Shown: positions 27,560 through 38,019 of the stretch, in pieces
How the letters are laid out: every line of letters begins with the position of its first letter
Numbering within the stretch: position 1 is the first letter of the stretch
From: Nitrososphaeria archaeon
Lineage (GTDB): Archaea > Thermoproteota > Nitrososphaeria > Nitrososphaerales > JAAOZN01
Assembly (NCBI GenBank): GCA_029775855.1
Contig: JARVJZ010000006.1
Span: 1-64,000 of the forward strand
Length of the DNA stretch: 64,000 nt
Direction of reading: 5' to 3'
Position numbers and translations under genes: made by a program
Notes under the pieces: generated by a model
Told to the model about the DNA's origin: nothing
Databases searched by the model: none
What the model saw: only the letters and a program-made list of their open reading frames with translations

Positions 27560-29702
27560 ATTTAGGTTGACATCTGAGTCTCAAAGTGGTCTATCAACCG
27601 TTAGGAAGCGGGATGGTAGAATAGTACCATTTGATAGATTAAAGATAGCTAATGCGATTTACAAAGCTGCTAAATCTGTTAATGAAGGTGACCTGAATGT
27701 TGCTGACGAGCTATCATTAAAAGTTGTTAAAGTATTAGAGGAGAAGTATAAGAATGGCGGTATACCTACTGTAGAGGAGATTCAAGATGTAGTAGAAACA
27801 ACTTTGATTAATGACGGATACGCTAAGGTGGCTAAGGCCTACATTCTCTATAGGCAGAAGAGGGCTGAGCTTAGGCGTGCAAAAGCACTTCTTGGTGTTG
27901 AAGATGATCTAAAGCTTCCTATAAACGCCGTAACCATTTTGGCTGCCAGATACTTGCGCAGAGACGAAAACAGAAGGTTAATCGAGACGCCGAGACAGCT
28001 CTTCATGAGAGTGGCTAAGACAGTAGCTGAGGTTGACCTACTTTACAACCCTTCAGCTAAGGTTGAAGAGACCGCTAAGGAGTTCTTTGACATGATGGTT
28101 AACTTTGAATTTCTACCTAACTCGCCAACGCTTATGAATGCTGGGACAGAGTTAGGGCAGCTTTCTGCATGCTTTGTCCTTCCTGTAGAAGATTCTATTG
28201 ACGGCATATTTACCACACTAAAGCACGCAGCGTTAATACATAAGAGCGGCGGGGGGACTGGCTTCTCCTTTTCCAGATTAAGACCAAAAGGGGATGTTGT
28301 GAAGACTACAGGCGGCATCGCATCAGGCCCTATTTCTTTTATGACGGTCTTCGACGCAGCTACAAACGCGATTAAACAAGGTGGTAAACGCAGAGGAGCT
28401 AATATGGGTGTGTTGAGAGTAGATCATCCAGATATACTTGAGTTTATAACAGCAAAGGAGAAGGAGGGCAGGCTCTCGAACTTTAACATCTCAGTAGCTA
28501 TAACTGACAGATTTATGGATGCTGTCATAAACGGTGAAGACTATGATCTTATAAATCCACGCACAGGTCAAGCAGTGCAGAGGCTCAACGCCAGAGTAGT
28601 CTGGAATCTTATAATAGCAATGGCTTGGAAGAATGGTGAACCTGGTGTGCTGTTTATAGATAGGATAAATGCTATGCATACTGTTCCTCATGTTGGAACG
28701 ATAGAGGCTACGAATCCTTGTGGTGAGCAGCCGCTTATTCCTTACGAGTCATGTAATCTAGGTTCGATTAATTTAGCGAAGATGGTGGTTGATGGTAGAA
28801 TAGATTGGGATAAGCTTAGAAACACGGTTGAAAAGGCGGTGCACTTCTTGGATAATGTGATAGATGCTAATAAGTATCCTTTACCTGAAATTGAGAAGAT
28901 AACAAGGTTCGGGAACAGGAAGATCGGTTTAGGTGTTATGGGTTTTGCTGACATGCTGATAGAGTTAGGTGTGCCGTATAACTCTAAACCGGCTCTCAAA
29001 ATAGCTGAGCAAGTTATGAGGTTCATCGAAGAGGTGGCTGTGAATACTTCAGTAAAGTTAGCTGAAGAGAGAGGCTCATTCGCTAACTTTAAAGGGAGCT
29101 TGTGGGAGAAGCGTGGCTTTAAATGCATCCGTAATGCAACCTTAACAACTATAGCACCTACAGGCACGATAAGCGAGATTGCTGGCTGCTCCAACGGAAT
29201 AGAGCCGCTATTTGCAATTGTCTACACTAAGGCTGTGAGGGAGACATTAGGCGAAAACCTTACAATAGTCAACCCGCTATTTGAGAATGTGGCTATAGAG
29301 GAAGGTTTCTACAGCGAAGAACTTATGAAGAAGATAGCTTCTTCAACATCAATACAGCATATAGAAGAGATACCTGAGCATGTTAGGAGAATCTTTGTAA
29401 CTGCGCATGACATATCTCCAGAGTGGCACGTGAGGATGCAAGCAGCATTTCAGAAATATGTGGACAATGCTGTGTCGAAGACGATAAACTTTCCTCACGA
29501 TGCGAGTATGAACGACATAGAGCAAGCTTATCTGCTGGCATATAGGCTTGGATGTAAGGGTTTGACCGTCTACCGTGATAGGAGCCGGAGTGTGCAAGTC
29601 CTCACTACAAAGAAGGGAGAAGAAGGGGAACAAACTGAACTATTGAATATGGGCGCTAAGCCTATCGAATATTATGTGCACTGTGAATCTTGTGAATTGT
29701 GA
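27555..29702 (+). CDS. nrdJ: Adenosylcobalamin-dependent (class II) ribonucleotide reductase with N-terminal ATP cone
   Basis: [15 protein letters not shown] cone, [44 protein letters not shown] (no class I YY pair), C-terminal CxxC. Confidence 0.93.
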   Translation: MVFRLTSESQSGLSTVRKRDGRIVPFDRLKIANAIYKAAKSVNEGDLNVADELSLKVVKVLEEKYKNGGIPTVEEIQDVVETTLINDGYAKVAKAYILYRQKRAELRRAKALLGVEDDLKLPINAVTILAARYLRRDENRRLIETPRQLFMRVAKTVAEVDLLYNPSAKVEETAKEFFDMMVNFEFLPNSPTLMNAGTELGQLSACFVLPVEDSIDGIFTTLKHAALIHKSGGGTGFSFSRLRPKGDVVKTTGGIASGPISFMTVFDAATNAIKQGGKRRGANMGVLRVDHPDILEFITAKEKEGRLSNFNISVAITDRFMDAVINGEDYDLINPRTGQAVQRLNARVVWNLIIAMAWKNGEPGVLFIDRINAMHTVPHVGTIEATNPCGEQPLIPYESCNLGSINLAKMVVDGRIDWDKLRNTVEKAVHFLDNVIDANKYPLPEIEKITRFGNRKIGLGVMGFADMLIELGVPYNSKPALKIAEQVMRFIEEVAVNTSVKLAEERGSFANFKGSLWEKRGFKCIRNATLTTIAPTGTISEIAGCSNGIEPLFAIVYTKAVRETLGENLTIVNPLFENVAIEEGFYSEELMKKIASSTSIQHIEEIPEHVRRIFVTAHDISPEWHVRMQAAFQKYVDNAVSKTINFPHDASMNDIEQAYLLAYRLGCKGLTVYRDRSRSVQVLTTKKGEEGEQTELLNMGAKPIEYYVHCESCEL

Positions 29703-29711
29703 GGGTTCTCT

Positions 29712-30653
29712 TTACTCAAAATCTGGGTTTAATATTAAAGCAAGTAGCGCCGCTCTGAGATCCTTGCCGAGCTTCGCTTGTAGGAAGTATTTGGCTTGCG
29801 GGAGTCGGTCAACTTCGGGCTTTATCTCATCAACTCTGGGTAATGGGTGTAGAACTATGAGTTCTGATTTACCCCGCTCTAGTATTGAGGTGTCTACATA
29901 GTAAGAACCTTTAACTCTTTGATACTCTGTTGGATCTGGGAAGCGCTCTTTCTGTATTCTCGTAACATAGAGAACATCTAGTTCAGATATTACTTCATCT
30001 ATGCTTGTGTGTTGCGTCCAAGAATCTTTGCGTATGTCTAGAAGCGCATCTGATCTTAATCTAAGTTCTGGTGGTGAAATAAGTCTTATTTTGGTATCGT
30101 ATTTTGATAGGGCGTAGAGCAGAGAGTAGACGGTTCGGCTGTATCTTAGATCACCCATGATACCGACTGTGAGCCCATCGATTCTACCTTTTTCTCTATG
30201 AATTGTGTAGAGGTCAAGCATAGCTTGAGTAGGATGCTCTTCTGCACCTGAGCCTGCGTTTATAACTGGCTTCTCGGAAATAGATGCAGCGTATCTTGCG
30301 GCGCCTTCCCTAGAATGTCTTATGACTAGAACATCAACATACCCCGACACTACTATTACAGTGTCTGTAAAGTTTTCACCCTTCTCTACCGAAGAAGTCG
30401 AGGGGTCGGCTATACCGATGCTGCTGCCTCCTATAGAATACATCGCTGATTCGAAGCTTAGTTTTGTTCTGCTGCTTGGTTCATAGAAGATAAGCCCAAG
30501 TAGACGCCCTTCTGCTAGTTGGCGCCTTTCTTTATAGGGCATGTTTGAGATCTTTGTAGTTGCTTGGAATATTGTTTCTAATTCGCTTCTTCTGAAGTCT
30601 CTTATCGAAACTATGTCTCTTCCAAATAGTGGGTTCGGCAATCCACCTAGCAT
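29712..30653 (-). CDS. pyrB: Aspartate carbamoyltransferase catalytic subunit
   Basis: FYEPSSRTKLSFE, HPTQAMLD, TRIQKERF, HPLPR. Confidence 0.97.
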   Translation of the reverse strand: MLGGLPNPLFGRDIVSIRDFRRSELETIFQATTKISNMPYKERRQLAEGRLLGLIFYEPSSRTKLSFESAMYSIGGSSIGIADPSTSSVEKGENFTDTVIVVSGYVDVLVIRHSREGAARYAASISEKPVINAGSGAEEHPTQAMLDLYTIHREKGRIDGLTVGIMGDLRYSRTVYSLLYALSKYDTKIRLISPPELRLRSDALLDIRKDSWTQHTSIDEVISELDVLYVTRIQKERFPDPTEYQRVKGSYYVDTSILERGKSELIVLHPLPRVDEIKPEVDRLPQAKYFLQAKLGKDLRAALLALILNPDFE

Positions 30654-30832
30654 ATGCCCACCTTAAGGTTAATAAATATACACAGTAGTATACCTGCAAC
30701 AAAAACGTGTTATAAAGAAATTTATATATCGTTGTGAGATTGAGAGAATTAGCTTGAAATTTGGATTCGCAGAATAGACTAAAGGAGAAAACTGTAGCGA
30801 ATTAATATGCCCTCTTAAAGGTTATTAAATAT
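30652..30832 (+). repeat. 28-bp imperfect direct repeat in the pyrB-pyrI intergenic region
   Basis: ATATGCCCACCTTAAGGTTAATAAATAT (30652-30679) versus ATATGCCCTCTTAAAGGTTATTAAATAT (30805-30832), 24/28 identical. Confidence 0.7.
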
Positions 30833-30847
30833 GGTGCTCTAAAATAT

Positions 30848-31318
30848 GTGGTCGCGTTGTCCGAAGAGCAGCTTATTGTGCGTAGAATAAAAGATGGGAC
30901 GGTAATAGATCACTGTGAGCCTGGCAGCGCTCTAAAGGTTTTAGCAGCACTAGGCATCAAAGAAGGCTTCACCAACCTTGTCACTATTGCGATGAATGTG
31001 CCAAGTAAGAAGCTCGGCAAGAAAGATATAATTAAGATAGCTGACCGCTTCCTCACACAAAGCGAGGCTAACAGAATAGCGCTAATATCCCCCCGTGCAA
31101 CACTCAACTTGATAAAAGATTATAGGGTTATAAGTAAGAGTAAAGTAGAGCTACCAGAAGCCTTCGTCAACATCTTCAGATGCCCAAATCCAACTTGCAT
31201 ATCCAACTCAAAAGAACCTATAACACCAGAGATCTTAGTAGCAAGAAATGAGCCACCACGGCTCACATGCAAGTATTGCTCAAGATTCTTCGACGTAAAC
31301 GAACTCATCTTAACCTAA
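30848..31318 (+). CDS. pyrI: Aspartate carbamoyltransferase regulatory subunit
   Basis: IKDGTVIDH, KKDIIKI, CPNPTCIS...CKYC. Confidence 0.96.
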   Translation: MVALSEEQLIVRRIKDGTVIDHCEPGSALKVLAALGIKEGFTNLVTIAMNVPSKKLGKKDIIKIADRFLTQSEANRIALISPRATLNLIKDYRVISKSKVELPEAFVNIFRCPNPTCISNSKEPITPEILVARNEPPRLTCKYCSRFFDVNELILT

Positions 31319-31326
31319 CGGAGGCA

Positions 31327-31572
31327 TTGACTTTGGATGAAGCCAAAAAGCTGAAGCGTAGAGTGCTCATAACGCTGATAACACTACCCATACTCATAGC
31401 TGCGCTAGTCTTAACAGGTGTATTCATAGGATTTTATGTCGCCAACATATACAAGTCAACATCCATACTCTTCCCTCTACTCTTCTCAGGAATAGGATTC
31501 GCAGCATCCCTCATACTATCATATCTAATAGCAAAAAGAGTCTCCTCTACGCCCCTTAAAGAAGAAAAATAA
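31327..31572 (+). CDS. Small two-TM membrane protein, AtpZ/AtpI-like
   Basis: Two TM helices with the pattern G.FIGFY...FPLLFSGIGF; convergent with atpK. Confidence 0.45.
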   Translation: MTLDEAKKLKRRVLITLITLPILIAALVLTGVFIGFYVANIYKSTSILFPLLFSGIGFAASLILSYLIAKRVSSTPLKEEK

Positions 31573-31607
31573 AAGTAGGAGCAGAGCAGGGTAAACCCAG
31601 CGTTAAG

Positions 31608-31931
31608 TTATGCAGCTTGACCTAGAATAAGTATAGCTATCACTATACCATATATAGCTATCGCTTCGCCTAACGCAGTGATGATAATTGCAGTAGTTCT
31701 TATCTCCGGTCTCTCCGCGCTTCCAGCAAGACCAGCTGCACCAGCTTTACTCACAGCCCACCCTGCTCCGATTGCTGCCGCTGCGAATGCTATTGCTGCT
31801 GAGAGGAATTTGAATATCAGTGGTTCAGATGCTGTTGGCTGTGCTTCTGCGGCTACTGCGAATGGTGTAAATGTAAGGCACAGAAGAAGCAACGAAGTAT
31901 ATAACCCTAACGAGAGTATATTGGGTTTCAA
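31608..31931 (-). CDS. atpK: A/V-type ATP synthase proteolipid subunit K (c) with N-terminal leader; H+-type
   Basis: AIGAGWAV..AGAAG...ERPE...ALGEAIAIYG; single ion-carrying Glu and no Na+ (Q...ET/S) motif. Confidence 0.92.
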   Translation of the reverse strand: MKPNILSLGLYTSLLLLCLTFTPFAVAAEAQPTASEPLIFKFLSAAIAFAAAAIGAGWAVSKAGAAGLAGSAERPEIRTTAIIITALGEAIAIYGIVIAILILGQAA

Positions 31932-31956
31932 GCTGTGTGGTGTGGTGATAAAGTTA

Positions 31957-31971
31957 GTATATAACTTTTTT
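31957..31971 (-). promoter_or_regulatory. BRE-TATA internal promoter for atpK
   Basis: Minus strand AAAAAAGTTATATAC about 26 nt upstream of the TTG start, consistent with a leaderless transcript. Confidence 0.55.
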
Positions 31972-31986
31972 GCCCAAGATAGAGTT

Positions 31987-32130
31987 TTAGCCCACTATTC
32001 TTCTGATTTCTTCAAGCGCCTTCTTTTTTACTGTTTCAACCTTCTCTTTAAGCTCGTTTTGAAGCTCTTGCTCTCTCTGTCTTACTTTATTTTGCGCCTG
32101 CTCAAATCTTTTTTTAACTATTTCACTCAT
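31987..32130 (-). CDS. 47-aa coiled-coil protein in the ATP synthase operon (not in ORF track)
   Basis: ATG 1 nt after the atpD stop, SD-like AGGTG upstream; MSEIVKKRFEQAQNKVRQREQELQNELKEKVETVKKKALEEIRRIVG. Confidence 0.75.
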   Translation of the reverse strand: MSEIVKKRFEQAQNKVRQREQELQNELKEKVETVKKKALEEIRRIVG

Positions 32131-32131
32131 C

Positions 32132-32782
32132 TTAAACACCTGACCTAGATTTCCTCAACTCAAGCACCTTTTTAATCTTTTTAAGCCTGACAAAATCTTC
32201 TCTCTCACGTTCATCCAAAGTTGAGGTGATGCTCCGCACAGCCTCCTCATACTGTGGGATTATGATAAATTCAAGCGCATTCAAGAGCCTTTGAGTCCTC
32301 TCAAGCTCACTAGCCAACCTAAAAATAGAGTTTTCAATCTCAGCAGCCTTCAGGATAGCGGGCAGCACTCGACGCATAGCAAAAAAAGCCTCATCTAGAG
32401 CTGAGTTGGTATCTGCAAAACCATAGCCAAGATTAAGAGACTTCTCATTGAACTGCAGCGCTGGCACAGTAACGTCGATTATCCTCTTTAAAGTCAGCGA
32501 GACCTCAGTGCTTTTAGGTATTGTCGCAGCAACCGATTCAACCGTCAGGGAACCTAATTTAAGGTAGGAGTCAAAGAGGGCTCTGTAGGCGTCTAATAGA
32601 GGCCCCCAAAGCTCTTCGCGAGCAGCACCAGCTTGCTCTATCAACTCATCTAGACGTTTAAGGAGGACCTCACGCTTATCCTCTAAGATCTTGTAAACTG
32701 ACCTCGCTACGCTTAGGCTTCTTTTTATACGTATTAGCTCAATCTTTGTAGGTAAGAACTTTCTGCCGAAGCTTACGGACAA
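32132..32782 (-). CDS. atpD: A/V-type ATP synthase subunit D
   Basis: PTKIELIRIK...ILEDKREVL; TQRLLNALE...LDEREREDFVRLKKIK. Confidence 0.95.
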   Translation of the reverse strand: MSVSFGRKFLPTKIELIRIKRSLSVARSVYKILEDKREVLLKRLDELIEQAGAAREELWGPLLDAYRALFDSYLKLGSLTVESVAATIPKSTEVSLTLKRIIDVTVPALQFNEKSLNLGYGFADTNSALDEAFFAMRRVLPAILKAAEIENSIFRLASELERTQRLLNALEFIIIPQYEEAVRSITSTLDEREREDFVRLKKIKKVLELRKSRSGV

Positions 32783-32788
32783 ATCTCT

Positions 32789-34183
32789 CTATGCTCCGCG
32801 TTCACTCCCCTTATAATACATCCTAACGTATTCAGACCTTATCTTCGTCAGTTCTCCTTCGGGAAGTGTTGAGAGCACTTCCCAAGCTAGCTTGAGTGTG
32901 TCATCGATAGTTCGGTTTTCATCGTATCCTTGTGAGAGGAACTTCTGCTCGAAGACATCTCCGTAGTGGAGGTACTTGAGGTCTATGCTTGTCAGACTCC
33001 CTCTACCCACAATTTCAACAAGTGCACGCAATTCTTGAACTCTTGCATAAGCGTCGTAAAGCTGGTTGCTCACTTCCATATGGTCGTCTCTAGTCTTTCC
33101 TTTACCTACACCGTCCTTCATAAGTCTGCTTAAACTCATCAGCACACCTACAGGCGGGTAAATCCCCTTTCTGAATAGGTCGCGTGAAAGCACTATCTGC
33201 CCCTCAGTGATATATCCTGTAAGATCGGCGATAGGATGAGTTATGTCATCACTTGGCATACTTAAGATCGGCATCTGAGTTATACTACCCTTCTTGCCCT
33301 TTATCCTACCAGCACGCTCATAGTTAGTCGCGAGATCTGTGTATAGGTAACCTGGATAACCCTTACGCCCAGGAACCTCCTCTCTAGCTGCGCTGATTTC
33401 TCTAAGAGCCTCAGCGTAGTTGGTCATATCAGTCAATATGACCAACACATGCATCCCTAAGTCGAATGCAAAGTATTCAGCTGTAGTTAAAGCAACACGC
33501 GGTGTTATTATTCGCTCTATAGCTGGGTCATCAGCTAAATTAAGGAAGAGGCAGCTTCTCTTTATAGCCCTACTCTCCTCCAGCGATCTCCGGAAGAAAC
33601 TAGCTTCGTGATGCTGCACACCTATGGCAGCGAAAACAACCGCAAAGTCTTCACCATAAACCGTAGCTTGCCTAGCGATCTGCGCCGCCAACATGCTATG
33701 TGGCATACCAGCGCCTGAAAAGATGGGTAGCTTCTGCCCCCTTGTGAGCGAGAGCATACCGTCTATCACAGAGATCCCAGTCTGTATGAAGTCTGTTGGA
33801 TATTCACGCTGCTCAGGGTTTATAGGCGAGCCGTTAACATCTCTGAAGTCTTCGCCAACTGGGTCAGGAAGACCATCTATGGGTCTGCCTAAGCCGTCGA
33901 AGACTCTACCTAATAGTTCGCTTGATACTGGTATCTCCATCGTCTTGCCTAGAAAGCGGGCTTTGGTTCCTACAACAGATAGCCCTCTGGTTCCCTCAAA
34001 GACTTGAATAACTGCTCTTCCACCACCTACCTCAAGCACTTTACCCAGCCGCTTTTCACCAGATGGTGTCTCGATCTCCACCAGCTCATCATATGCAGCC
34101 CTTGTTACACCTTGCATAATAAGTAGGGGTCCTTTGATTTCTTCTACCTTAGTATATTCTACGCCGCCTACACCTTTAGACAA
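32789..34183 (-). CDS. atpB: A/V-type ATP synthase subunit B
   Basis: [50 protein letters not shown]. Confidence 0.97.
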   Translation of the reverse strand: MSKGVGGVEYTKVEEIKGPLLIMQGVTRAAYDELVEIETPSGEKRLGKVLEVGGGRAVIQVFEGTRGLSVVGTKARFLGKTMEIPVSSELLGRVFDGLGRPIDGLPDPVGEDFRDVNGSPINPEQREYPTDFIQTGISVIDGMLSLTRGQKLPIFSGAGMPHSMLAAQIARQATVYGEDFAVVFAAIGVQHHEASFFRRSLEESRAIKRSCLFLNLADDPAIERIITPRVALTTAEYFAFDLGMHVLVILTDMTNYAEALREISAAREEVPGRKGYPGYLYTDLATNYERAGRIKGKKGSITQMPILSMPSDDITHPIADLTGYITEGQIVLSRDLFRKGIYPPVGVLMSLSRLMKDGVGKGKTRDDHMEVSNQLYDAYARVQELRALVEIVGRGSLTSIDLKYLHYGDVFEQKFLSQGYDENRTIDDTLKLAWEVLSTLPEGELTKIRSEYVRMYYKGSERGA

Positions 34184-35960
34184 TCGGTTTCACCTCCAAG
34201 CCGCTGAGCTTCTGGAACTCATTTAGCATTTCCTCTCTTAATGTGTTAAGCTTATCAACTTCCTCATTCGGTATTTCGAACTTCGCCCTAAGCAGCTTAG
34301 GTATGATGGGCATGGCTCTAATCGTGTCAAGACCTACACCACTCCTAAGAGCTTTTAACGCCTCTTGGTAGAATTCGACGAAAACCTTCAATAGTAGATA
34401 CTGCTTCTTTGGGCTGCAATACGAGTCAACTTCGTCATAAGCGCTCTGCTGTAGATACCCTATCTTGATCATTCTAGCAACTTCGAGAATTAGCTTCTCT
34501 TCGTCTGGTAAGGCTTCTGGGCCGAGTAGCCTGACGATCTCCTTTAACGCATCTTCTCTCTGAAGTATCTCATATGCTTCTGCTCTGACCTTTGACCAAC
34601 CCTTATCAACGACACTGGACCACCATTTTGATATTGAATCTATGTAGCCTGAGTAGCTCGTCATCCAGTTTATAGCTGGGTAGTGCCTTGAGTAAGCTAG
34701 CCGAGTGTCGAGCGCCCAGAAGGTTCTTATAAATCGAATGGTATGTGTAGTAACTGGCTCCGTAAAGTCTGCACCAGATGGCGATACTGCACCTATAAGT
34801 GTCATGCTGCTAATACGCTCAGGTCTTCCAAGCACCTTTACTCTACCGGCCCTTTCATAAAACTCAGCTAACCTAGAAGCTAGATATGATGGATAGCCTT
34901 CTTCAGCAGGCATCTCTTCAAGCCTACCACTAATTTCTCTAAGAGCTTCTGCCCACCTGCTGGTAGAGTCTGCCACGAGCACAACATCATACCCCATATC
35001 ACGGTAATACTCAGCCATCGTTGCACCTGTGTAGATGGATGCTTCTCTTGCTGCTACTGGCATGTTACTTACATTAGCTACAAGAATTGTGCGCTCCATT
35101 AGAGGTCTGCCTGATGCAGGGTCTTTTAACTCTGGGAACTTAATAAGAACTTCCGTCATTTCATTTCCCCTTTCTCCACAACCGACGTGAAAGACTACTT
35201 TTGCGTCAGCCCAAGCTGCTACTTGGTGTAGTGTGACGGTTTTGCCTGTGCCGAAGCCTCCTGGGATGGCTCCTGTGCCTCCTTTTGCTATGGGGAAGAA
35301 GGTATCTAAGACTCTCTGCCCTGTTAGCAGAGGTATTTCTGGATCTAGCTTGACTTGGTAGGGTCTTGGTCGCCTTACTGGCCAGCGGTGCGCAAGCTTT
35401 AAGCCGCTCTTCTTACCATCCTCCTCAACTACCACAACATCTTCCTCTATTGTATATTCACCTTCAGAAACCACATCAACAACCTTGCCTCCTTTATGGT
35501 CTGGAGGAACCAATATACGGTGCTCAATTAATGGTGTTTCTTGCACCGTTCCCAAGATGCTACCAGCCTCTACTTCATCCCCTTTCTTCACTTTAGGTAT
35601 GAACCTCCACTTCTTATTAAGTGGGATAGGGGGCGCAGAAACCCCTCTAGTTATAAATGGTCCTCTAAGCTTCGCTATTTCGCTTAGCGGCCTCTGTAAA
35701 CCATCATAGATTGTGCCTATCATGCCTGGCCCTAGAGTTACTGATAGTGGTTGACCTGTTCGGTATACTGGTTCACCTGGCTTTAACCCGCTTGTTGATT
35801 CGTATACTTGTATGAAAGCTATGTCTCCTGTGATTCTGATGACTTCGCCTATGATCTTGTCTTCTCCAACCTCTACTGTCTCATACATCTGTGCTTCAGA
35901 CATGCCTTCTGCTTTAACTGCTGGACCACTTATCCAGACAATCTTACCCTTTTTTTCCAT
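34176..35960 (-). CDS. atpA: A/V-type ATP synthase subunit A
   Basis: Walker [30 protein letters not shown]; no intein. Confidence 0.98.
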   Translation of the reverse strand: MEKKGKIVWISGPAVKAEGMSEAQMYETVEVGEDKIIGEVIRITGDIAFIQVYESTSGLKPGEPVYRTGQPLSVTLGPGMIGTIYDGLQRPLSEIAKLRGPFITRGVSAPPIPLNKKWRFIPKVKKGDEVEAGSILGTVQETPLIEHRILVPPDHKGGKVVDVVSEGEYTIEEDVVVVEEDGKKSGLKLAHRWPVRRPRPYQVKLDPEIPLLTGQRVLDTFFPIAKGGTGAIPGGFGTGKTVTLHQVAAWADAKVVFHVGCGERGNEMTEVLIKFPELKDPASGRPLMERTILVANVSNMPVAAREASIYTGATMAEYYRDMGYDVVLVADSTSRWAEALREISGRLEEMPAEEGYPSYLASRLAEFYERAGRVKVLGRPERISSMTLIGAVSPSGADFTEPVTTHTIRFIRTFWALDTRLAYSRHYPAINWMTSYSGYIDSISKWWSSVVDKGWSKVRAEAYEILQREDALKEIVRLLGPEALPDEEKLILEVARMIKIGYLQQSAYDEVDSYCSPKKQYLLLKVFVEFYQEALKALRSGVGLDTIRAMPIIPKLLRAKFEIPNEEVDKLNTLREEMLNEFQKLSGLEVKPIV

Positions 35961-35965
35961 ATCTT

Positions 35966-36574
35966 CTACTCTCCTGAGGTTAGGGTTTTAACAACCTCTT
36001 TTCTTAGCAACTGCCTTATCCTTGCAAGTCTGGCTTCATAAGTATTATCATATATTGTGGTGCTGTCTTCTGAGACTGCTTGCACCCCACCCTTACTTGT
36101 TATGTGGTTTTTGCTTACTGTTATTGAGCGGTTTGTATTTTTGCTTAGTTCGGATGCTAGCTTCTTAACCAATTCATAATCCTCTTTTCTGCATAAAATC
36201 GTTATATTTCCCTCTATTGCTTCTAGTGCTTCGTTGATAAGCTGTCTTAGAGCCTTTTCGGTCTTTTCTCTACTTAGTTTAGAGAGTCTGTTCAGCGCTT
36301 CTTCGAATACCTTATTTACTGAATCCTCTATTAGTTGGAGTTGCTGGTTTCTTGCAGCGAGTTCGGCTGAGCCTAAGATCTTTCTTCTCAATATGTCTTC
36401 TTGCCTAGCAGTGGCGTCGAAGATCTTTGAAACTTCGCTTGCAGCTTGTCTTTCATATTCTAGTAGGGTTTCTTCGGCTTGTGCAGCTGCTTTGTTGAGT
36501 TCAGATGTAAATTCTTGAAGAGCCTCATTAACGACTTTATCAACTATACTTTCAGCTGCGTTCATTTGCCTCAT
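35966..36574 (-). CDS. atpE: A/V-type ATP synthase subunit E
   Basis: Coiled-coil N-terminus, GGVQAVSED...YDNTYEARL; lies between subunits F and A. Confidence 0.88.
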   Translation of the reverse strand: MRQMNAAESIVDKVVNEALQEFTSELNKAAAQAEETLLEYERQAASEVSKIFDATARQEDILRRKILGSAELAARNQQLQLIEDSVNKVFEEALNRLSKLSREKTEKALRQLINEALEAIEGNITILCRKEDYELVKKLASELSKNTNRSITVSKNHITSKGGVQAVSEDSTTIYDNTYEARLARIRQLLRKEVVKTLTSGE

Positions 36575-36578
36575 CAAC

Positions 36579-36875
36579 CTATACTCCAAGTATCTGCTTA
36601 AGCATATCTCTGTATTCAAACTTCTCTTTTTTGCTGCCTGGTGCTGGGACTTCGTATATTAGTGGTGTAGAGTACTTTGAGCGGATTTCGTTCAGCTTGC
36701 TTCTTATGCTTTTGGATATGTCGTCGCTAAGTAAGATTAGTCCTACTTCTTTATCTTTAATGAGTTTGCTAAGAGTTTCTAGTGCTTCTGCACTGCTATC
36801 AACCTTTAATCCTTCTATGCCAGCTAAGCGTAGCCCTGTTACAAACACTTTCGAACCTAAGGCTACTATCTTCAA
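36579..36875 (-). CDS. atpF: A/V-type ATP synthase subunit F
   Basis: MKIVALG..FVTGLRLAGI...PLIYEVP...KQILGV. Confidence 0.93.
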   Translation of the reverse strand: MKIVALGSKVFVTGLRLAGIEGLKVDSSAEALETLSKLIKDKEVGLILLSDDISKSIRSKLNEIRSKYSTPLIYEVPAPGSKKEKFEYRDMLKQILGV

Positions 36876-37059
36876 TTTACCTTATAGGGCTGCTTATAAT
36901 ATTCTTAAAGTTTTCTAAACATCTTAAATATGTGAATGGTTTTATGGGATTTATAGTTTTTATGGTTATTTATTGGTCGATTGATTTTGTTTTAAATATT
37001 TTTTTGTAAAGCGAAGCGTATAAAAAGATGCTGTAGGAGAGATTTAGTAAGGTGTCGGG

Positions 37060-38019
37060 ATGTCACTTGTAAAGTTAAGGTTATCAATGCTCGCAACGCT
37101 AGCTGTGCTAATCGGTATCTCAACGTTATTCTTCACAATCATACTAAGTTTACTTGGAATCTTAGATATTATACCACTCTTAATGCTGATTATAGGGTTT
37201 AACATTCTGCAATGGCTTATCGCACCCTACATGATTGAAGCGCTTTACCGTGCTAAGGAAGCTGATGAACGCTCATACAGCAGACTGTATACGATGCTTA
37301 GGCGTATATCTGAGAAGAGTAAGATGGCTATGCCTAAACTTATGATAGCTGATATACCTATACCCAATGCTTTTGCTTACGGTTCACCTCTTTCAGGTAG
37401 GCGTGTTGCTGTGACTAGGGAGCTGCTTAGGGTGCTTGATGATGAGGAGGTTGAGGCTGTGCTTGCTCATGAGGTTGGGCATTTGAAGCATAGGGATGTC
37501 CAGCTTATGATGTTTGCATCTGTTCTACCCGCGATCTTCTACTACATTGGCTATTCTCTTATGCTTTCATCCATGTGGAATACTCGAGATAGAAACGCTG
37601 GAGGCGCAGTAGCGGTAGGTATTATAGCTTTAGCAATTTACTGGCTACTCACGCTCTTAGTTATGGGGCTAAGTAGGCTTAGAGAGTATTACGCTGATCA
37701 GCACGCTGTCAAAACGGTTGACGACGGTGCTAGAAAGCTCGCTGAAGGGCTTGCAAAGATAACACTCTACACAGGAAGATATAAGATTCGGAAAGGGAAT
37801 GTGGGCAATGTTAGCGCGTTTAAAGCGCTCTTCATAAGCGACCCAGATAGAGCAGACCAAGATGAACTTCTACTCTTCAAAGGAGGATTTGCTAAGAGCG
37901 ATACTCAACTCGTGCAAGAGGTGCTTTCGAGGAAGATTACAGCAGCCGATAGGTTGATAGAACTCTTCTCAACGCATCCAAATATTGTAAAGCGTATCCG
38001 TGCGCTCGTTGCTGCTTAG
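37060..38019 (+). CDS. htpX: Zinc metalloprotease HtpX
   Basis: PNAFAYG, AVLAHEVGH, SRLREYYAD, LFSTHP. Confidence 0.94.
   Translation: MSLVKLRLSMLATLAVLIGISTLFFTIILSLLGILDIIPLLMLIIGFNILQWLIAPYMIEALYRAKEADERSYSRLYTMLRRISEKSKMAMPKLMIADIPIPNAFAYGSPLSGRRVAVTRELLRVLDDEEVEAVLAHEVGHLKHRDVQLMMFASVLPAIFYYIGYSLMLSSMWNTRDRNAGGAVAVGIIALAIYWLLTLLVMGLSRLREYYADQHAVKTVDDGARKLAEGLAKITLYTGRYKIRKGNVGNVSAFKALFISDPDRADQDELLLFKGGFAKSDTQLVQEVLSRKITAADRLIELFSTHPNIVKRIRALVAA

Noticed and set aside
31678-32148. 156-aa plus-strand ORF
   Set aside because: Antisense shadow of atpK and the 47-aa gene.
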